DNA of 64,000 nt from an uncultured archaeon (GCA_000965745.1 CP009479.1:2016001-2080000), one strand, 5' to 3'; counted from the stretch's first letter, positions 1-10,293 are shown. Numbers and translations: made by a program. Notes: generated by a model from the sequence alone, not told the origin.

Positions 1-157
1 CCGGCACATCCACAAAAACATCTATTGTGGAATACAGGTGGATCTCACGCTCCCCTCTCCTTATAATAATAGGATAAAGAACACCTTTGACTCCAACTTT
101 CTGTATGGCCATTGGAATGTCAGGCTTTGTTCCCTGAACATCCGGATATTTGATCAC
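1..157 (-). CDS. mptA: GTP cyclohydrolase MptA/FolE2 family, 5' part (runs off the window start)
   Basis: Not in the ORF track. Manual translation from GTG at 157 gives VIKYPDVQGTKPDIPMAIQKVGVKGVLYPIII...IDVFVDVP, the typical FolE2/MptA N-terminus (PDVQ, KVGV, VDxP); abuts the pfdB stop. Confidence 0.8.
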   Translation of the reverse strand, partial: MIKYPDVQGTKPDIPMAIQKVGVKGVLYPIIIRRGEREIHLYSTIDVFVDVP

Positions 158-523
158 TTATTGTGCCCCTTTTCCCGACTCCTGGTATTTCTGCTTGATG
201 GTGTTCTCTATTTCCTTGTATTTGTCTTCCAGGTTTTTCTGCTGTTTTTCCAGGGTCTTTACTCTAATCTCGCTGAGCTCCTTCTGTTCAGAAAGGTCGT
301 CTATGATCTTCTTCTTGTTATCGACTTTGTAAAGGACAGATCCAACACTCTTGTATACAGGGGTATTTTCTTCCACACCTTCAAGTTCCTTCAGCGTTTT
401 TTCTATCTCTTTGATTCTGGCATCCAGCTGGTATCTCTGTGAAGCAACCTGCTCGATTTGAGACTCAAGCTGTTGCGCCTGCCTGATTTGATTCTGGATA
501 TAATTACTTAAATTCTGATCCAA
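158..523 (-). CDS. pfdB: Prefoldin beta subunit
   Basis: Coiled-coil 121 aa with VYKSVGSVLYK hairpin motif; follows Pcc1 as in the usual archaeal gene order. Confidence 0.93.
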   Translation of the reverse strand: MDQNLSNYIQNQIRQAQQLESQIEQVASQRYQLDARIKEIEKTLKELEGVEENTPVYKSVGSVLYKVDNKKKIIDDLSEQKELSEIRVKTLEKQQKNLEDKYKEIENTIKQKYQESGKGAQ

Positions 524-754
524 TTATTCTACCTCCTCAAATATCTTGTCAACTATGGTAAGCCACCTTGTGAGTGAGCCAATTGACGCTCTAAGCGATA
601 CAGTATCAGGGGCTTCTATATAAATGTAAAAATTATCAGCGTCCTCCTCTATTCTTGTAGAGGATCTGCCAACATCTTCTTTCAGGTCCGGGGTTATTGA
701 ATTGATATGCCCTTTGAATTCAGATTTTGGGAACTTTATCCTTACACTGAACAC
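524..754 (-). CDS. pcc1: KEOPS complex subunit Pcc1
   Basis: 76 aa, IEAPDTVSLRASIGSLTRWL matches Pcc1 (I.A.D..SLRA..NS.LR); adjacent to pfdB. Confidence 0.85.
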   Translation of the reverse strand: MFSVRIKFPKSEFKGHINSITPDLKEDVGRSSTRIEEDADNFYIYIEAPDTVSLRASIGSLTRWLTIVDKIFEEVE

Positions 755-877
755 AACCGTGCATTATCCGGAGGGTAATTAATCAAGCGGTGGGCGTGGC
801 CGGTTGACACTTGATGTATCTGCATACACACCTGCAGCTACAGTTAAGTTAATATCGCGTGCTCAGGATATCTGCAT

Positions 878-1513
878 ATGTTTGAACCTGTTACTAAGAA
901 AATATTCAGGTGGGGGACGGTCGATCCTGAAATATCCATCATGATTTACGGCCACCTGCTTGTCAAGAATGGCTCTTCAGTTCTGGTAGACCCTCCCGCT
1001 GTTCCCGGGCTGGAAAAGATGGCAACAGTGCTTGGAAAACCGGAAGCAGTAATCATGACGAACTTCTCTCACACCAGGGGATGCGTGAAGGTTTCCAACA
1101 CCCTCGGGGTGCCATTGTACATACCTGATGTCCGGGGTTCCAGCGAACTGAAGCCGGAGGAGGAGATAAGGATTCATGGGCTTGGGGCTGGAATAAAGTA
1201 TGGTGAAAAAACGGAAATGCCGCTCGGACTGAAGGCGCATTACATTCGTGCTGAAATGCCGGACGGAAAACTATCAGTTGAGGAGATGGCCCTTCTGCAT
1301 GATGATTTCCTTGTTGTAGGGGATTCAGCATGGGGAATAGACGGGAAGCTGAACATATTCCCGACCGGTGTTAAGAAAGACGAGAAAGGAGAAATGGCTG
1401 AATCAACGCGGAAGGCTCTTGTTCCGGTAATCCGGAAGACAGGTGCCACCGGGCTTCTCTCCGGCCACATGGAGGATATAACAGAAGGCCTCCAGGGCAT
1501 GGTTGGCAAGTGA
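878..1513 (+). CDS. Metallo-beta-lactamase-fold protein with degenerate metal motif
   Basis: VLVDPP, MTNFSHTRG (variant of THxHxDH), LVVGD, LLSGH. Confidence 0.6.
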   Translation: MFEPVTKKIFRWGTVDPEISIMIYGHLLVKNGSSVLVDPPAVPGLEKMATVLGKPEAVIMTNFSHTRGCVKVSNTLGVPLYIPDVRGSSELKPEEEIRIHGLGAGIKYGEKTEMPLGLKAHYIRAEMPDGKLSVEEMALLHDDFLVVGDSAWGIDGKLNIFPTGVKKDEKGEMAESTRKALVPVIRKTGATGLLSGHMEDITEGLQGMVGK

Positions 1514-1589
1514 GGTGATCTGTTCACACCTCTGTCGGAGACTTTTGTACCAAGCGAAACCTTAAAGTTTTGAACAGCGTTAAGGGGTC

Positions 1590-1664
1590 GGGCTCGTGGC
1601 CTAGTATGGATAAGGCACCGTCCTTCTAAGTCGGTGATCGGGGGTTCAAATCCCTCCGGGCCCG
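1590..1664 (+). tRNA. tRNA-Arg(TCT)
   Basis: Cloverleaf GGGCTCG/CGGGCCC acceptor, anticodon loop CTTCTAA, T loop TTCAAAT; TATA-like CTTAAAG about 28 nt upstream; CCA not encoded. Confidence 0.93.
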
Positions 1665-1677
1665 CTTCCTTTTATTC

Positions 1678-2565
1678 TCATGGATCGAATGATCCTTGGC
1701 CGTTCAGCTCAACGTTTGTGTAGAACAGTTTCTTTCTCTTTGGAATCCGCCCTTCCGGCCTGCCATTCATATTGCTGTATTCTTCAGTGAATGAGGGGGG
1801 TCCGAAAATATCGAGCAGCCCGTCATGTTTAAAATCAAGGCTCATAAGGTACTTTCCTCTTATTTTTCGAAGCAGACTGCCGATATCTTCAAAATCTTTC
1901 CGCCCGAAATTGTAGTCATACCAGCCCTTGCCCGGGTATGGCGGATCAAGATAGAAAAAAGCATTGCCAGAATCATACCTGGTCATAAGTTCCCTGAAAT
2001 CCAAGTTCCTTATCTCCCATGACTTGGCTCTCCTCTGGACACTGAAGATAATTTCCATGGTCTTTTCCAGGTATCTGAAGACCGATTTTTCCCTTGATGT
2101 GCCGTAAGTATTGCCCATACCCCCGAAACTTGTGCTGAGGTTGAAAAGTGTGCGCATTGCCTTTTTGAAATCTGCATTTTCCGGCAGCACTGCAACTTCT
2201 TTATTGTCGCGATTCCCATGAGAACTGAGAACTTTATCGAGAACCAGGCCCCCATCCTTCCTGATGTAATCATTGAAGCTGGCAGAATCGATGCCGTCAC
2301 TCTTTCTCTCAATTTCTTCCAGGAAACTTGAAAGGAAGTCTGTAACTCCTTCAGGGGTTCTCCGGACAACTTCAAAAAGGTTGACCAGGTCCGGGTTGAG
2401 GTCATTATAGATCGTGTGCTGCGAGTCCACATTGAGGGAAACAGCCCCCGATCCGCCAAACACATCAACAAAGATTTTACATCCTGATCTGGCATAAATT
2501 TCCGTTATCTGCGGGAGCAGGGCAGTCTTAGCGCCGGGATACTTTATGAGTTTTAGGTAGGGCAT
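1678..2565 (-). CDS. Dam-like (D12 class) N6-adenine DNA methyltransferase, orphan
   Basis: YPGAKT, VDVFGGSG (motif I), NDLNPDL, YLDPPY (motif IV); no neighbouring endonuclease. Confidence 0.9.
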   Translation of the reverse strand: MPYLKLIKYPGAKTALLPQITEIYARSGCKIFVDVFGGSGAVSLNVDSQHTIYNDLNPDLVNLFEVVRRTPEGVTDFLSSFLEEIERKSDGIDSASFNDYIRKDGGLVLDKVLSSHGNRDNKEVAVLPENADFKKAMRTLFNLSTSFGGMGNTYGTSREKSVFRYLEKTMEIIFSVQRRAKSWEIRNLDFRELMTRYDSGNAFFYLDPPYPGKGWYDYNFGRKDFEDIGSLLRKIRGKYLMSLDFKHDGLLDIFGPPSFTEEYSNMNGRPEGRIPKRKKLFYTNVELNGQGSFDP

Positions 2566-2699
2566 TTACTCTGGTTCTGGCATTCAATTATGCGTATTAT
2601 ATTTAGCAGGTGAATCCATCGATTCTCATGGGGATCCAACCATTTTTAGAAACTTCTTAACGCTTATATACAGGACAGTAGCTAGCCAGAGGTTGAAGC

Positions 2700-4667
2700 A
2701 TGGCTGAGAAGGTTGGAATTGTTGGCGCGGGGACCATGGGTCACGGGATCGCGGAATTATGCGCTATCTCAGGATACGATGTTGTATTGGCAGATGTTGG
2801 CCATGAAATTCTCGAGAAGGCAATGGAGAAAATTCGCTGGAGCATCGGGAAACTGGAGTCGTCACGAGCCCTGGTTGAAAACCCCGGCATCATTCTTTCA
2901 AGGATAAGAACAACAACAGAACTGCGGGAACTGGCTGGCTCGAAGTACATAATAGAAGCTGTCAAGGAAAAGATAGAGGTCAAACGGCAGGTATTGCGCA
3001 AACTCGATTCCCTGATGGGGCCCGAATGCATTTTCTTCTCCAACACTTCAACGATCCCGATCACCGAACTGGCATCAATGACTGGCAGAGAGGAAATTTT
3101 CGCAGGCCTTCATTTCTCAAATCCGCCAGTTAAGAACCCTCTTGTTGAGGTAATCAGGGGAAAGAAGACATCGGCCCGGACGGTGGGTGAAGCCAGGTCC
3201 TTTGCCATCTCCCTCGGAAAGGAAGTCATAGTGGTGGATAAGGATCTGCCAGGCTTCCTGGTGAACAGGCTTAACGACAGGCTTTTCACGGAAGCGTTGC
3301 TGATGCTGGGCGAAGGCGTCACATTCCGGGAAATTGACGCGCTCCTTAGGTTCCGCATGAATTTTTCAATGGGAGTATTTGAGCTGATGGACTTCGTTGG
3401 AATAGACACAGTCCTTAACGCAAAGACTGAAATGATCGGCCATGGGTTTAACACATCGCCCTCTGAAAAACTATCCGGACTGGTGGAAAAAGGTATGCTT
3501 GGAATGAAGACCGGGAAGGGGTTTTACAAGTACCAGAAACCGAGCGTGTATTCCAGGCCACTAATCCAGCCGTCTGGCAGGATGTTCAGGGTCAACCCGG
3601 TAAGGCTGTTCGCAACGGTCATCAATGAAACAGCATGGATGATCAGGAACAAAGCCGCTTCTCCGGATGATATTGAGAAGGCAATGCTTCTTGCCATGAA
3701 CTGGCCGGAAGGCCCGCTTTCCATTGCAGATCGGCTTGGCATCGATAACATTGTGGGGGAACTTAACAGTCTTCACTCATCGACAGGCGAGTCACGGTAC
3801 ATTCCGGACTCACTGCTGCTTGAAAAACAGCGGCATGGCGATAACGGACTGCTTTCAGGAAAAGGTTTCAGGGAATGGCCCTTTGCAAGCGAAGACATCG
3901 GGCCGGTGAAATTCCAGAGGATCGACAGTTTCGCCCTTATAACTTTGAACAGGCCTGAAAAGCTAAACTCACTTTCAGAGGAGTTGTGGTCTGGGATTAG
4001 AATTGCTCTGGAGAAAGCATTGCAGGATCCAGACATCAGATCCGCCATAATAACGGGAGCAGGCAGGGCATTTTCCGCAGGGGACGATATTCAGATGATG
4101 AGGTCCTGGAAAGGGTCTGCCGATGCGAAAAGATGGTTGGACAAATATGCATCACCGCTCATCGATCTTCTTGCCTCATTTCCCAAGCCTCTGATATCAG
4201 CAGTAAACGGGGTGGCTTTCGGAGGTGGAGCTGAAATTAATCTCCTCTTTGATGTCGTAGTGGCAGCAGACAGTGCAGTATTCTCATTTTCAGAAAGCCT
4301 CATAGGCGCAATGCCGCCGATAGCATCTTCATTCGGGATCGCAGTCACTGGCAGAAGGCTCCTTCCGTATCTTCTCACAGGCGACTGGATGGCGCCGGAG
4401 AAGGCAAAGGAGCTTGGTCTGGTTGATGTTGTGACAGATGACGAAATGACATTAATGGTGGCAATGGAATATGCAAACAGGCTGTCCAGGGCGGCCCCGC
4501 TTTCCATTCAATCAATAAAATCTGTGGCAAACCTCCACAGAACAGGCGTCCAGCCGGAAGCAAGATTTTCCCAGAACGAACTGATAATTCTTTCTTCATC
4601 TGAAGACTTTGCTGAGGGGCAGGAGGCATTCCTTTCAAAAAGGAAGCCGGTGTGGGCCGGGCGGTAA
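2700..4667 (+). CDS. 3-hydroxyacyl-CoA dehydrogenase / enoyl-CoA hydratase fusion
   Basis: GAGTMGHG, SNTS, GLHFSNP, PGFLVNR, then crotonase LNRPEKLN, AFSAGDD, GVAFGGG. Confidence 0.93.
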   Translation: MAEKVGIVGAGTMGHGIAELCAISGYDVVLADVGHEILEKAMEKIRWSIGKLESSRALVENPGIILSRIRTTTELRELAGSKYIIEAVKEKIEVKRQVLRKLDSLMGPECIFFSNTSTIPITELASMTGREEIFAGLHFSNPPVKNPLVEVIRGKKTSARTVGEARSFAISLGKEVIVVDKDLPGFLVNRLNDRLFTEALLMLGEGVTFREIDALLRFRMNFSMGVFELMDFVGIDTVLNAKTEMIGHGFNTSPSEKLSGLVEKGMLGMKTGKGFYKYQKPSVYSRPLIQPSGRMFRVNPVRLFATVINETAWMIRNKAASPDDIEKAMLLAMNWPEGPLSIADRLGIDNIVGELNSLHSSTGESRYIPDSLLLEKQRHGDNGLLSGKGFREWPFASEDIGPVKFQRIDSFALITLNRPEKLNSLSEELWSGIRIALEKALQDPDIRSAIITGAGRAFSAGDDIQMMRSWKGSADAKRWLDKYASPLIDLLASFPKPLISAVNGVAFGGGAEINLLFDVVVAADSAVFSFSESLIGAMPPIASSFGIAVTGRRLLPYLLTGDWMAPEKAKELGLVDVVTDDEMTLMVAMEYANRLSRAAPLSIQSIKSVANLHRTGVQPEARFSQNELIILSSSEDFAEGQEAFLSKRKPVWAGR

Positions 4668-4678
4668 AACTCTCTGGG

Positions 4679-4996
4679 CTACTCGGGCTCCTTTTCAGTT
4701 CCCTCTTTTTCTTCAGCTTTTTCGTGTTCCTTTTCTATCTCTTCTTCATTTATGATGTAGTAGAAATCTGATTGCTTGCCGTCAAAAATAAGCCTTTCTA
4801 TTATCTTCGCATCTTTCTTAAGGTCTCCAAGTACCCTGATAACAAGGTCCTTGTCAGGAATGTCTGTTTCATATGCGATCTCTGATGAGGTGAATGCCCT
4901 GTCTTTGTTTGTGTAGAGGAAGAACACTATCGATTCCATGGACTCCATGTACTTGTCGGTCCTCTGCTTGAAGAAACTGTCCTTTTTAATGGGCAT
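4679..4996 (-). CDS. Hypothetical protein, possible winged HTH with acidic tail
   Basis: AFTSSEIA...VIRVLGDLKKDAKI...FYYI pattern resembles a wHTH. Confidence 0.55.
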   Translation of the reverse strand: MPIKKDSFFKQRTDKYMESMESIVFFLYTNKDRAFTSSEIAYETDIPDKDLVIRVLGDLKKDAKIIERLIFDGKQSDFYYIINEEEIEKEHEKAEEKEGTEKEPE

Positions 4997-5048
4997 CCGA
5001 CATCAATTATTCTGAGCCTTAATAATTATTTCTCGGTATGGCACGGAA

Positions 5049-5576
5049 TCAGGCGATTAAGTTAACTGAACCCATAGAGGAATCCGTCGAAACATCAATA
5101 AGTGAAATTCTGGAGATATAGGATTGACCGTTTGATTCTGTGAATATTATGGAGCTTGAAGAGGTCAGGAAACCACTGGCCCCGGAATACTGGACAGTGA
5201 GGTTCCCTGCAGTTCCATTGAATACTGTCATTGCACCACCTGGGGCCTGTTCGACCGAAAGCAGTGAGAATGAATAAACACCGGTGTTGCCCATCGTGAC
5301 CTGCACCTTGACATCATCTATCGAAACATTGTTGCTGACATAAGTCACAGATAAGGTATAAGACCCATTGATAAGGGAATTCTTCTGGGATGAATTGTTC
5401 ACCACCTTGATAGAAGCCGTGGGAGAAGGGTGAGGCAATCCGCCAAAATAGCTTCCCAGAACAGTATAAACTGACGCGGCAAGGGTAACAGTGATGGCTA
5501 TAAGCAGCACAGTCCCGATAATGGGGCTCACCGCTTTATCATTCTTGTACACTGTTTCCTTCATCCGGATAACCAT
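5049..5576 (-). CDS. Archaeal type IV pilin (class III signal peptide)
   Basis: DKA|VSPIIGTVLLIAITV prepilin cleavage motif followed by a Ser/Thr/Asn-rich beta domain. Confidence 0.88.
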   Translation of the reverse strand: MVIRMKETVYKNDKAVSPIIGTVLLIAITVTLAASVYTVLGSYFGGLPHPSPTASIKVVNNSSQKNSLINGSYTLSVTYVSNNVSIDDVKVQVTMGNTGVYSFSLLSVEQAPGGAMTVFNGTAGNLTVQYSGASGFLTSSSSIIFTESNGQSYISRISLIDVSTDSSMGSVNLIA

Positions 5577-5717
5577 ACAACAACCGTTGTATTATTATTT
5601 TTTCGCATGGACAGGAGTGAATGCGAAAAGGGAAATCCCACAGTGTGCCCCCATGAATATGGTTGCAAATCAAGCGTTATATATTTCGTGGCAATTCAGA
5701 AAAATCGGTTTTCGTAT

Positions 5718-6953
5718 ATGCCATATGAATATGCAGTAAGAAATCTGGACAGGAGGGTGTGGTATCTCAGTCTCGCCAGATTCATAAGGGCAATGGGCAG
5801 GGTTTCGTCATTCATTTTCCTGCCTCTGATCTTTGTGGCTGTGTACAACGTATCGTTCCTGGTTACAGGGCTTATACTCGGTGTGGCAACTCTTATACAG
5901 GCTGTCTTCCAGTATTTTTCCGGGATGTGGACCGACAGGGTAGGGCGAAGGATATTTCTGATAGTCATGCCGGTTCCGGTCATAGCTCTCTATTTTCTGA
6001 TGTACTTCATCGTATCAGATCATCTGCCATTCTACTATCTTGCGGCAGCATGGTACGGAACAATGATGGCAAACGCAATTCAGTTCCCGGCAATACAGGC
6101 TGCAGTTGCCGACCTTACTTCGGTGAGCTACAGGCTCTCCGGCTTTACTGTCTTGAGGGTTATGGCAAATCTTGGAGCAGCGGTTGGGCCTATTCTCGGC
6201 GGATTTCTTTCCATATACGGATTCCAGCTAATATTCCTCCTGGCAGGGATATCCACTGTTGCTGAAGTGTCCATACTGTACCTGTATGTCAGCGAAACCT
6301 ATTTCCCCCTTGATCCTTCGCCGGGACCGCATATAAAAGAGACCAAATTCGCGTACAGGGACCATTTTTTCCTTATTTTCACGATTGCAGGGATATTCTG
6401 GGGTTTCTTTTTGAGGCAGAATGGCCCCGCACTTACTCTTTATGTGTTCGACCTTCAGAACCTGCCTGTTCTGGATCTGGGGTTCATTTACGCCCTGAAC
6501 GGCACTCTGGTTGTTGCCCTCCAATTTCCGATACTGAGGCTGATCTCAAGGATCAGCACTCCTGTAATGTGGAGATCCGCAGGCGTGATTTTCTATGCTG
6601 CCGCATTCATCCTGCTGGCAGTTTCGAACCAGTTTCTCCTGTTCCTGCTGGTGATGGCAATAATGACCATAGGTGAGGATTTTGTTGCACCTACTACACA
6701 AACCATAATCACAACACTAGCTGCAGTTAACCTGAGGGGGACCTACATTGGCGTTTATAATCTCTATTCAAGCATAGGCAGGTTCTTCGGGGCTTTCATC
6801 GGCCTGGCCATGCTCTACTTCTTCAGAAACATAACCTCGAGCTTCTGGGTCTACGTCGCAATAGGGACGCTCGCCGTATCACTCTGGTATTTCTTGCTTA
6901 ACAGGCCTTTTATCAAGAGAATGGACGGCTCAGAGGAGACGACTGCAACTTAG
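5718..6953 (+). CDS. MFS transporter
   Basis: Motif A GMWTDRVGRR, about 12 hydrophobic segments; start moved from 5607 to ATG 5718. Confidence 0.88.
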   Translation: MPYEYAVRNLDRRVWYLSLARFIRAMGRVSSFIFLPLIFVAVYNVSFLVTGLILGVATLIQAVFQYFSGMWTDRVGRRIFLIVMPVPVIALYFLMYFIVSDHLPFYYLAAAWYGTMMANAIQFPAIQAAVADLTSVSYRLSGFTVLRVMANLGAAVGPILGGFLSIYGFQLIFLLAGISTVAEVSILYLYVSETYFPLDPSPGPHIKETKFAYRDHFFLIFTIAGIFWGFFLRQNGPALTLYVFDLQNLPVLDLGFIYALNGTLVVALQFPILRLISRISTPVMWRSAGVIFYAAAFILLAVSNQFLLFLLVMAIMTIGEDFVAPTTQTIITTLAAVNLRGTYIGVYNLYSSIGRFFGAFIGLAMLYFFRNITSSFWVYVAIGTLAVSLWYFLLNRPFIKRMDGSEETTAT

Positions 6954-6998
6954 CCAAGCAAAATTTTAATATGTGTATTATCACATACAATCTCAAAA

Positions 6999-7023
6999 CA
7001 TAAGTGCATAATATGTACTTATG
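6999..7023. promoter_or_regulatory. 12-bp-arm inverted repeat (operator or hairpin) between two MFS genes
   Basis: CATAAGTGCATA-A-TATGTACTTATG (one mismatch); a second palindrome TATGTG-N6-CACATA lies at 6970-6987. Confidence 0.45.
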
Positions 7024-7085
7024 ATCATCAGCCCCAATTCCTGCTTGTTAAGGAATATCTGGCAAAATTTTATATATTTTAGAGC

Positions 7086-8369
7086 ATGGTATGGATATTG
7101 ACGGATCTCGAAGGTAATGGTTCGAACAGAGTCGACAGCTTTATTACTGGCTTGTCTTCAGTTAACTTTGTCTTTGCATTCGCAATGAACCTTTTCAATT
7201 TCACCATACTTTACCTTCTGAGTGAATCGGGCATACCGGTGATATACGGTGGCCTGGGTATATCGGCCGGGCAGGCAATCCTGCTGTTTGCCGTTTTGCC
7301 CATGGGAAGGCTCATTGACAGAGGGAGGTCCTACATTCTCATGGCAACCGGGGCTGTTCTTTACGCAACTGTTCTTATACTCATATTCTTCACGTCATAT
7401 GCAGGGATTGCAGTCCTGGGGGCGGTACTTGCAGCTCTGGTGGCCGCTGTTCTGGTGTTCCAGAACATGTTCAAGTCCTCGCTTTCATCCTTCGTTGCCA
7501 AGGCGGTCAAGGCAAACATAATGGGCCGGAGCTATTCCAGGATAATATGGATGGAGACTGCCGGAGGCACGCTTTCCTTCTTCCTTGTTTACTTCGCTAG
7601 CAGCTACGTATCTATCCGACTGGTGTATCTGTTGATTGGTGTGATACTTCTTGCAGTTTCTGTATCGTCATTCACTTTCCTGACAAGGGAGAACAGAAAG
7701 GCCCTTAAACTGGATGAGAGCAGGGTCGTCAGGCCATCTTTCGCCGAAAGCATCAGGGCACTGATGAAAAGGGGGAGGTTCACCACTTCTCTCCTTTCTG
7801 TTAAGGTCCTGATGTCCGTAGGAGTGCTCGGTTTTTCTTACTTCTATCTCATAATAGGGAAGGGCCTTGGCGTCAGCGCTTACCTGTCTCTACTGATCCT
7901 CGGGGCAGCGAATGCCATAGGAATCGCATGGGGGGTTATTTCGGAAAGATTTGTGTCGAATCACCCGAACTGGGGGAAGTCGTATATTATCATAATGGCA
8001 CTTCTCGATGTTGTCTCGTACATCCTTATTCTCGCGTCCCTCCACAATGGAAACGTGTACCTGTTTCTTGCAGCACCGATTATAGGGAGTCCTGGCCCAT
8101 TCCTGATTCCAGGTGCACTCGCGTACGAGGTGAAGGTTGTGGGAAAAGAGAACAGGGGACTGTTCTCAGGGATACAGAGAACACTGACAGGCATTCCAGC
8201 TATCGCTCTTGGAGCCCCCCTGACCTATCTATTCACAGTAAACCCGTTTTATATGTGGAGCATCATAGTTGCCTCATCTCTCGCTACACTCGCATTCAGC
8301 CTGGCCATCCCCTCGAGGAAGTATCTTGAGGAGGAGTATGGGGTCCCGGAATCATCGGCTTCACAATGA
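7086..8369 (+). CDS. MFS transporter
   Basis: GRLIDRGR motif, multiple TM segments. Confidence 0.85.
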   Translation: MVWILTDLEGNGSNRVDSFITGLSSVNFVFAFAMNLFNFTILYLLSESGIPVIYGGLGISAGQAILLFAVLPMGRLIDRGRSYILMATGAVLYATVLILIFFTSYAGIAVLGAVLAALVAAVLVFQNMFKSSLSSFVAKAVKANIMGRSYSRIIWMETAGGTLSFFLVYFASSYVSIRLVYLLIGVILLAVSVSSFTFLTRENRKALKLDESRVVRPSFAESIRALMKRGRFTTSLLSVKVLMSVGVLGFSYFYLIIGKGLGVSAYLSLLILGAANAIGIAWGVISERFVSNHPNWGKSYIIIMALLDVVSYILILASLHNGNVYLFLAAPIIGSPGPFLIPGALAYEVKVVGKENRGLFSGIQRTLTGIPAIALGAPLTYLFTVNPFYMWSIIVASSLATLAFSLAIPSRKYLEEEYGVPESSASQ

Positions 8370-8385
8370 CGTCTTGAACCTGCTG

Positions 8386-9738
8386 TCACTTGAAGAACCT
8401 TATCCTGACAACAGGCTCGTCCCTATCTTCCCTGAGTGCGTAGTAAACTACAATGCTGACAAGTATAAGTCCTACCCCCAGGCTCAGCGCAATTCTCGGG
8501 AACCCGAAAAAGAAAACCACTATAATGCCGATTCCAGCTACCGCCAGGTAAGGAAAAAGAGGCATTTCAAACACGTTTTTTATCTGTATCCCGGATTCTT
8601 TCAGAAATGCCCCATATTTCTCGGGATTGCGCCTGTGCCTTCTTATCTTCATCAAAGAGAAGCCCGTGAGAAGGTAGCTGAAGAGTATGCCGAAGTTGCT
8701 TATCGCCGCAATTATGTATATGTTTCCGGAGAATATGATGACGCTTCCAAGGAGTGCAGTAAGCAGAACTGCTGTAACAGGGGCCTTCCTTGTTTCCGTC
8801 CTTCTCCTGAAGAGTGCCGGGAGCAGGCCATCCTCAGAAAGCTGGTACACCAGCTGCGAGCCGGCTATGATCATTGCGAGTGTGGCTGAAACGGTTGCAG
8901 CCAGTGCTGCAAGATCCACAAGATAAAAGAGCCACAGTGGGCCATGGGAAGCAGTAAGGGCATAGCTAAGAGGATCTGCAACATATCCGAATACTCCAGA
9001 GGGGACCATTGAGAGAAGTGCCAGGGTCACCATGATGTATAGGACAAGGCTGATCACTACTGCCGCAATAATGGCCTTCGCAGCTGTTCTCCCGCCTCCC
9101 TTTATATTGGGGGTCATTGTAGCAATAGACTGGAAACCGGCATAAGCAAACATCGCAATTACACTTGCTGAGAATATGCCCGGTACGCCTCCCGTTACGG
9201 GGGTCGAAATGTTTGCTGCAAGTTCCTTTCCAAAAAGCAGAGCGAATATGATGAATATCACAAGCACGCCAACCTTGAAGGCTACAATGAAGAGGTCCGC
9301 CCTGGCAGCTTCTGATATTCCTTCGAGATTCACACCTATGAGGGCAGCGATAAGCATTATGGCGAATATATAGTGGTACATTGCGCCGGACAGGTTCAGC
9401 ATGGATGCCAGGTAGGAACCGAACCCGAGGGATATTGCAGAAACGGAAGCGACGAAGCTAAGGTAGAGGGATATGCCGGTAATGAAGCCAAGCTCACTCC
9501 CAAAGGCGGTGTATACATATGAGTATGAAGCACCTGAAGCATTGGGAAGGGAACTGGAAAGCTCCCCCATCTCAAAAGCAAGTACTATGGCAACGAATCC
9601 TGTCAGCATGAAAGCAAAGAGAGCCCCTGTCCCTGCCAGGTTGATCATGGTTCCGCTCAATACGAATATTCCCGCACCTATAATGCCGCCAAGCCCAACA
9701 GCGAGTGCTCCCGCAAAACCCACCTGCTTCAAAGCCAA
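8386..9738 (-). CDS. APC family amino acid permease
   Basis: GGIIGAGIF, EMGELSS..P.ASG.Y.Y, FAYAGF motifs. Confidence 0.92.
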   Translation of the reverse strand: MALKQVGFAGALAVGLGGIIGAGIFVLSGTMINLAGTGALFAFMLTGFVAIVLAFEMGELSSSLPNASGASYSYVYTAFGSELGFITGISLYLSFVASVSAISLGFGSYLASMLNLSGAMYHYIFAIMLIAALIGVNLEGISEAARADLFIVAFKVGVLVIFIIFALLFGKELAANISTPVTGGVPGIFSASVIAMFAYAGFQSIATMTPNIKGGGRTAAKAIIAAVVISLVLYIMVTLALLSMVPSGVFGYVADPLSYALTASHGPLWLFYLVDLAALAATVSATLAMIIAGSQLVYQLSEDGLLPALFRRRTETRKAPVTAVLLTALLGSVIIFSGNIYIIAAISNFGILFSYLLTGFSLMKIRRHRRNPEKYGAFLKESGIQIKNVFEMPLFPYLAVAGIGIIVVFFFGFPRIALSLGVGLILVSIVVYYALREDRDEPVVRIRFFK

Positions 9739-9890
9739 ACCCCGGAATATATCTGCTGTTGACTGATAAACGTATGCAGGAGTCTTCAGGGAGGGGCATT
9801 GATAGCTTTATCAACAATTATTCACGGCAACAGGCTATTGATTTCATGAAAATTGATAATGTATTTTAACTGGTTTGCCGTATTTTTAAT

Positions 9891-10181
9891 ATGGGGCTTT
9901 ATGTTCTATTAGTTAGAATGACGGAACAGGGAAAACGTCACATACAAGAGGCGTTGGAGAAGAGGGAGAAGGTCATGGAATTTATCAAGAAAGAGGGTGG
10001 AAACCCGCAAACGGTTCTAATGACATTCGGAAGGTATGATGTTATAGAAATACTGGAATTGCCCAGTGATGAAGTGGCAATGAAACTTTCCATAAAAGGT
10101 GCGGAAACCGGCGATGTCAGCATTGAGACCCTGAGGGCATTCACTGTCGATGAGATGCAGTCACTGGTTTCATCACTCTGA
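9891..10181 (+). CDS. GYD domain protein
   Basis: T.QG, FGRYDV, ETLRAF motifs. Confidence 0.85.
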   Translation: MGLYVLLVRMTEQGKRHIQEALEKREKVMEFIKKEGGNPQTVLMTFGRYDVIEILELPSDEVAMKLSIKGAETGDVSIETLRAFTVDEMQSLVSSL

Positions 10182-10293
10182 CCCATTTATCTAAAATACC
10201 CTATAATTACCCTTTTTTACTACTCTCCAGGCAAGGCTGGTCCGGCACTTCAATAGTTCGGTATAGTACTTATTAACGGGACTTTGTACAATC

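Noticed and set aside
8269-8889. Long antisense ORFs such as 8269-8889, 11802-12365, 26402-26935, 35080-35658 and 35949-36506
   Set aside because: Shadows of well-supported genes on the opposite strand, with no motifs of their own
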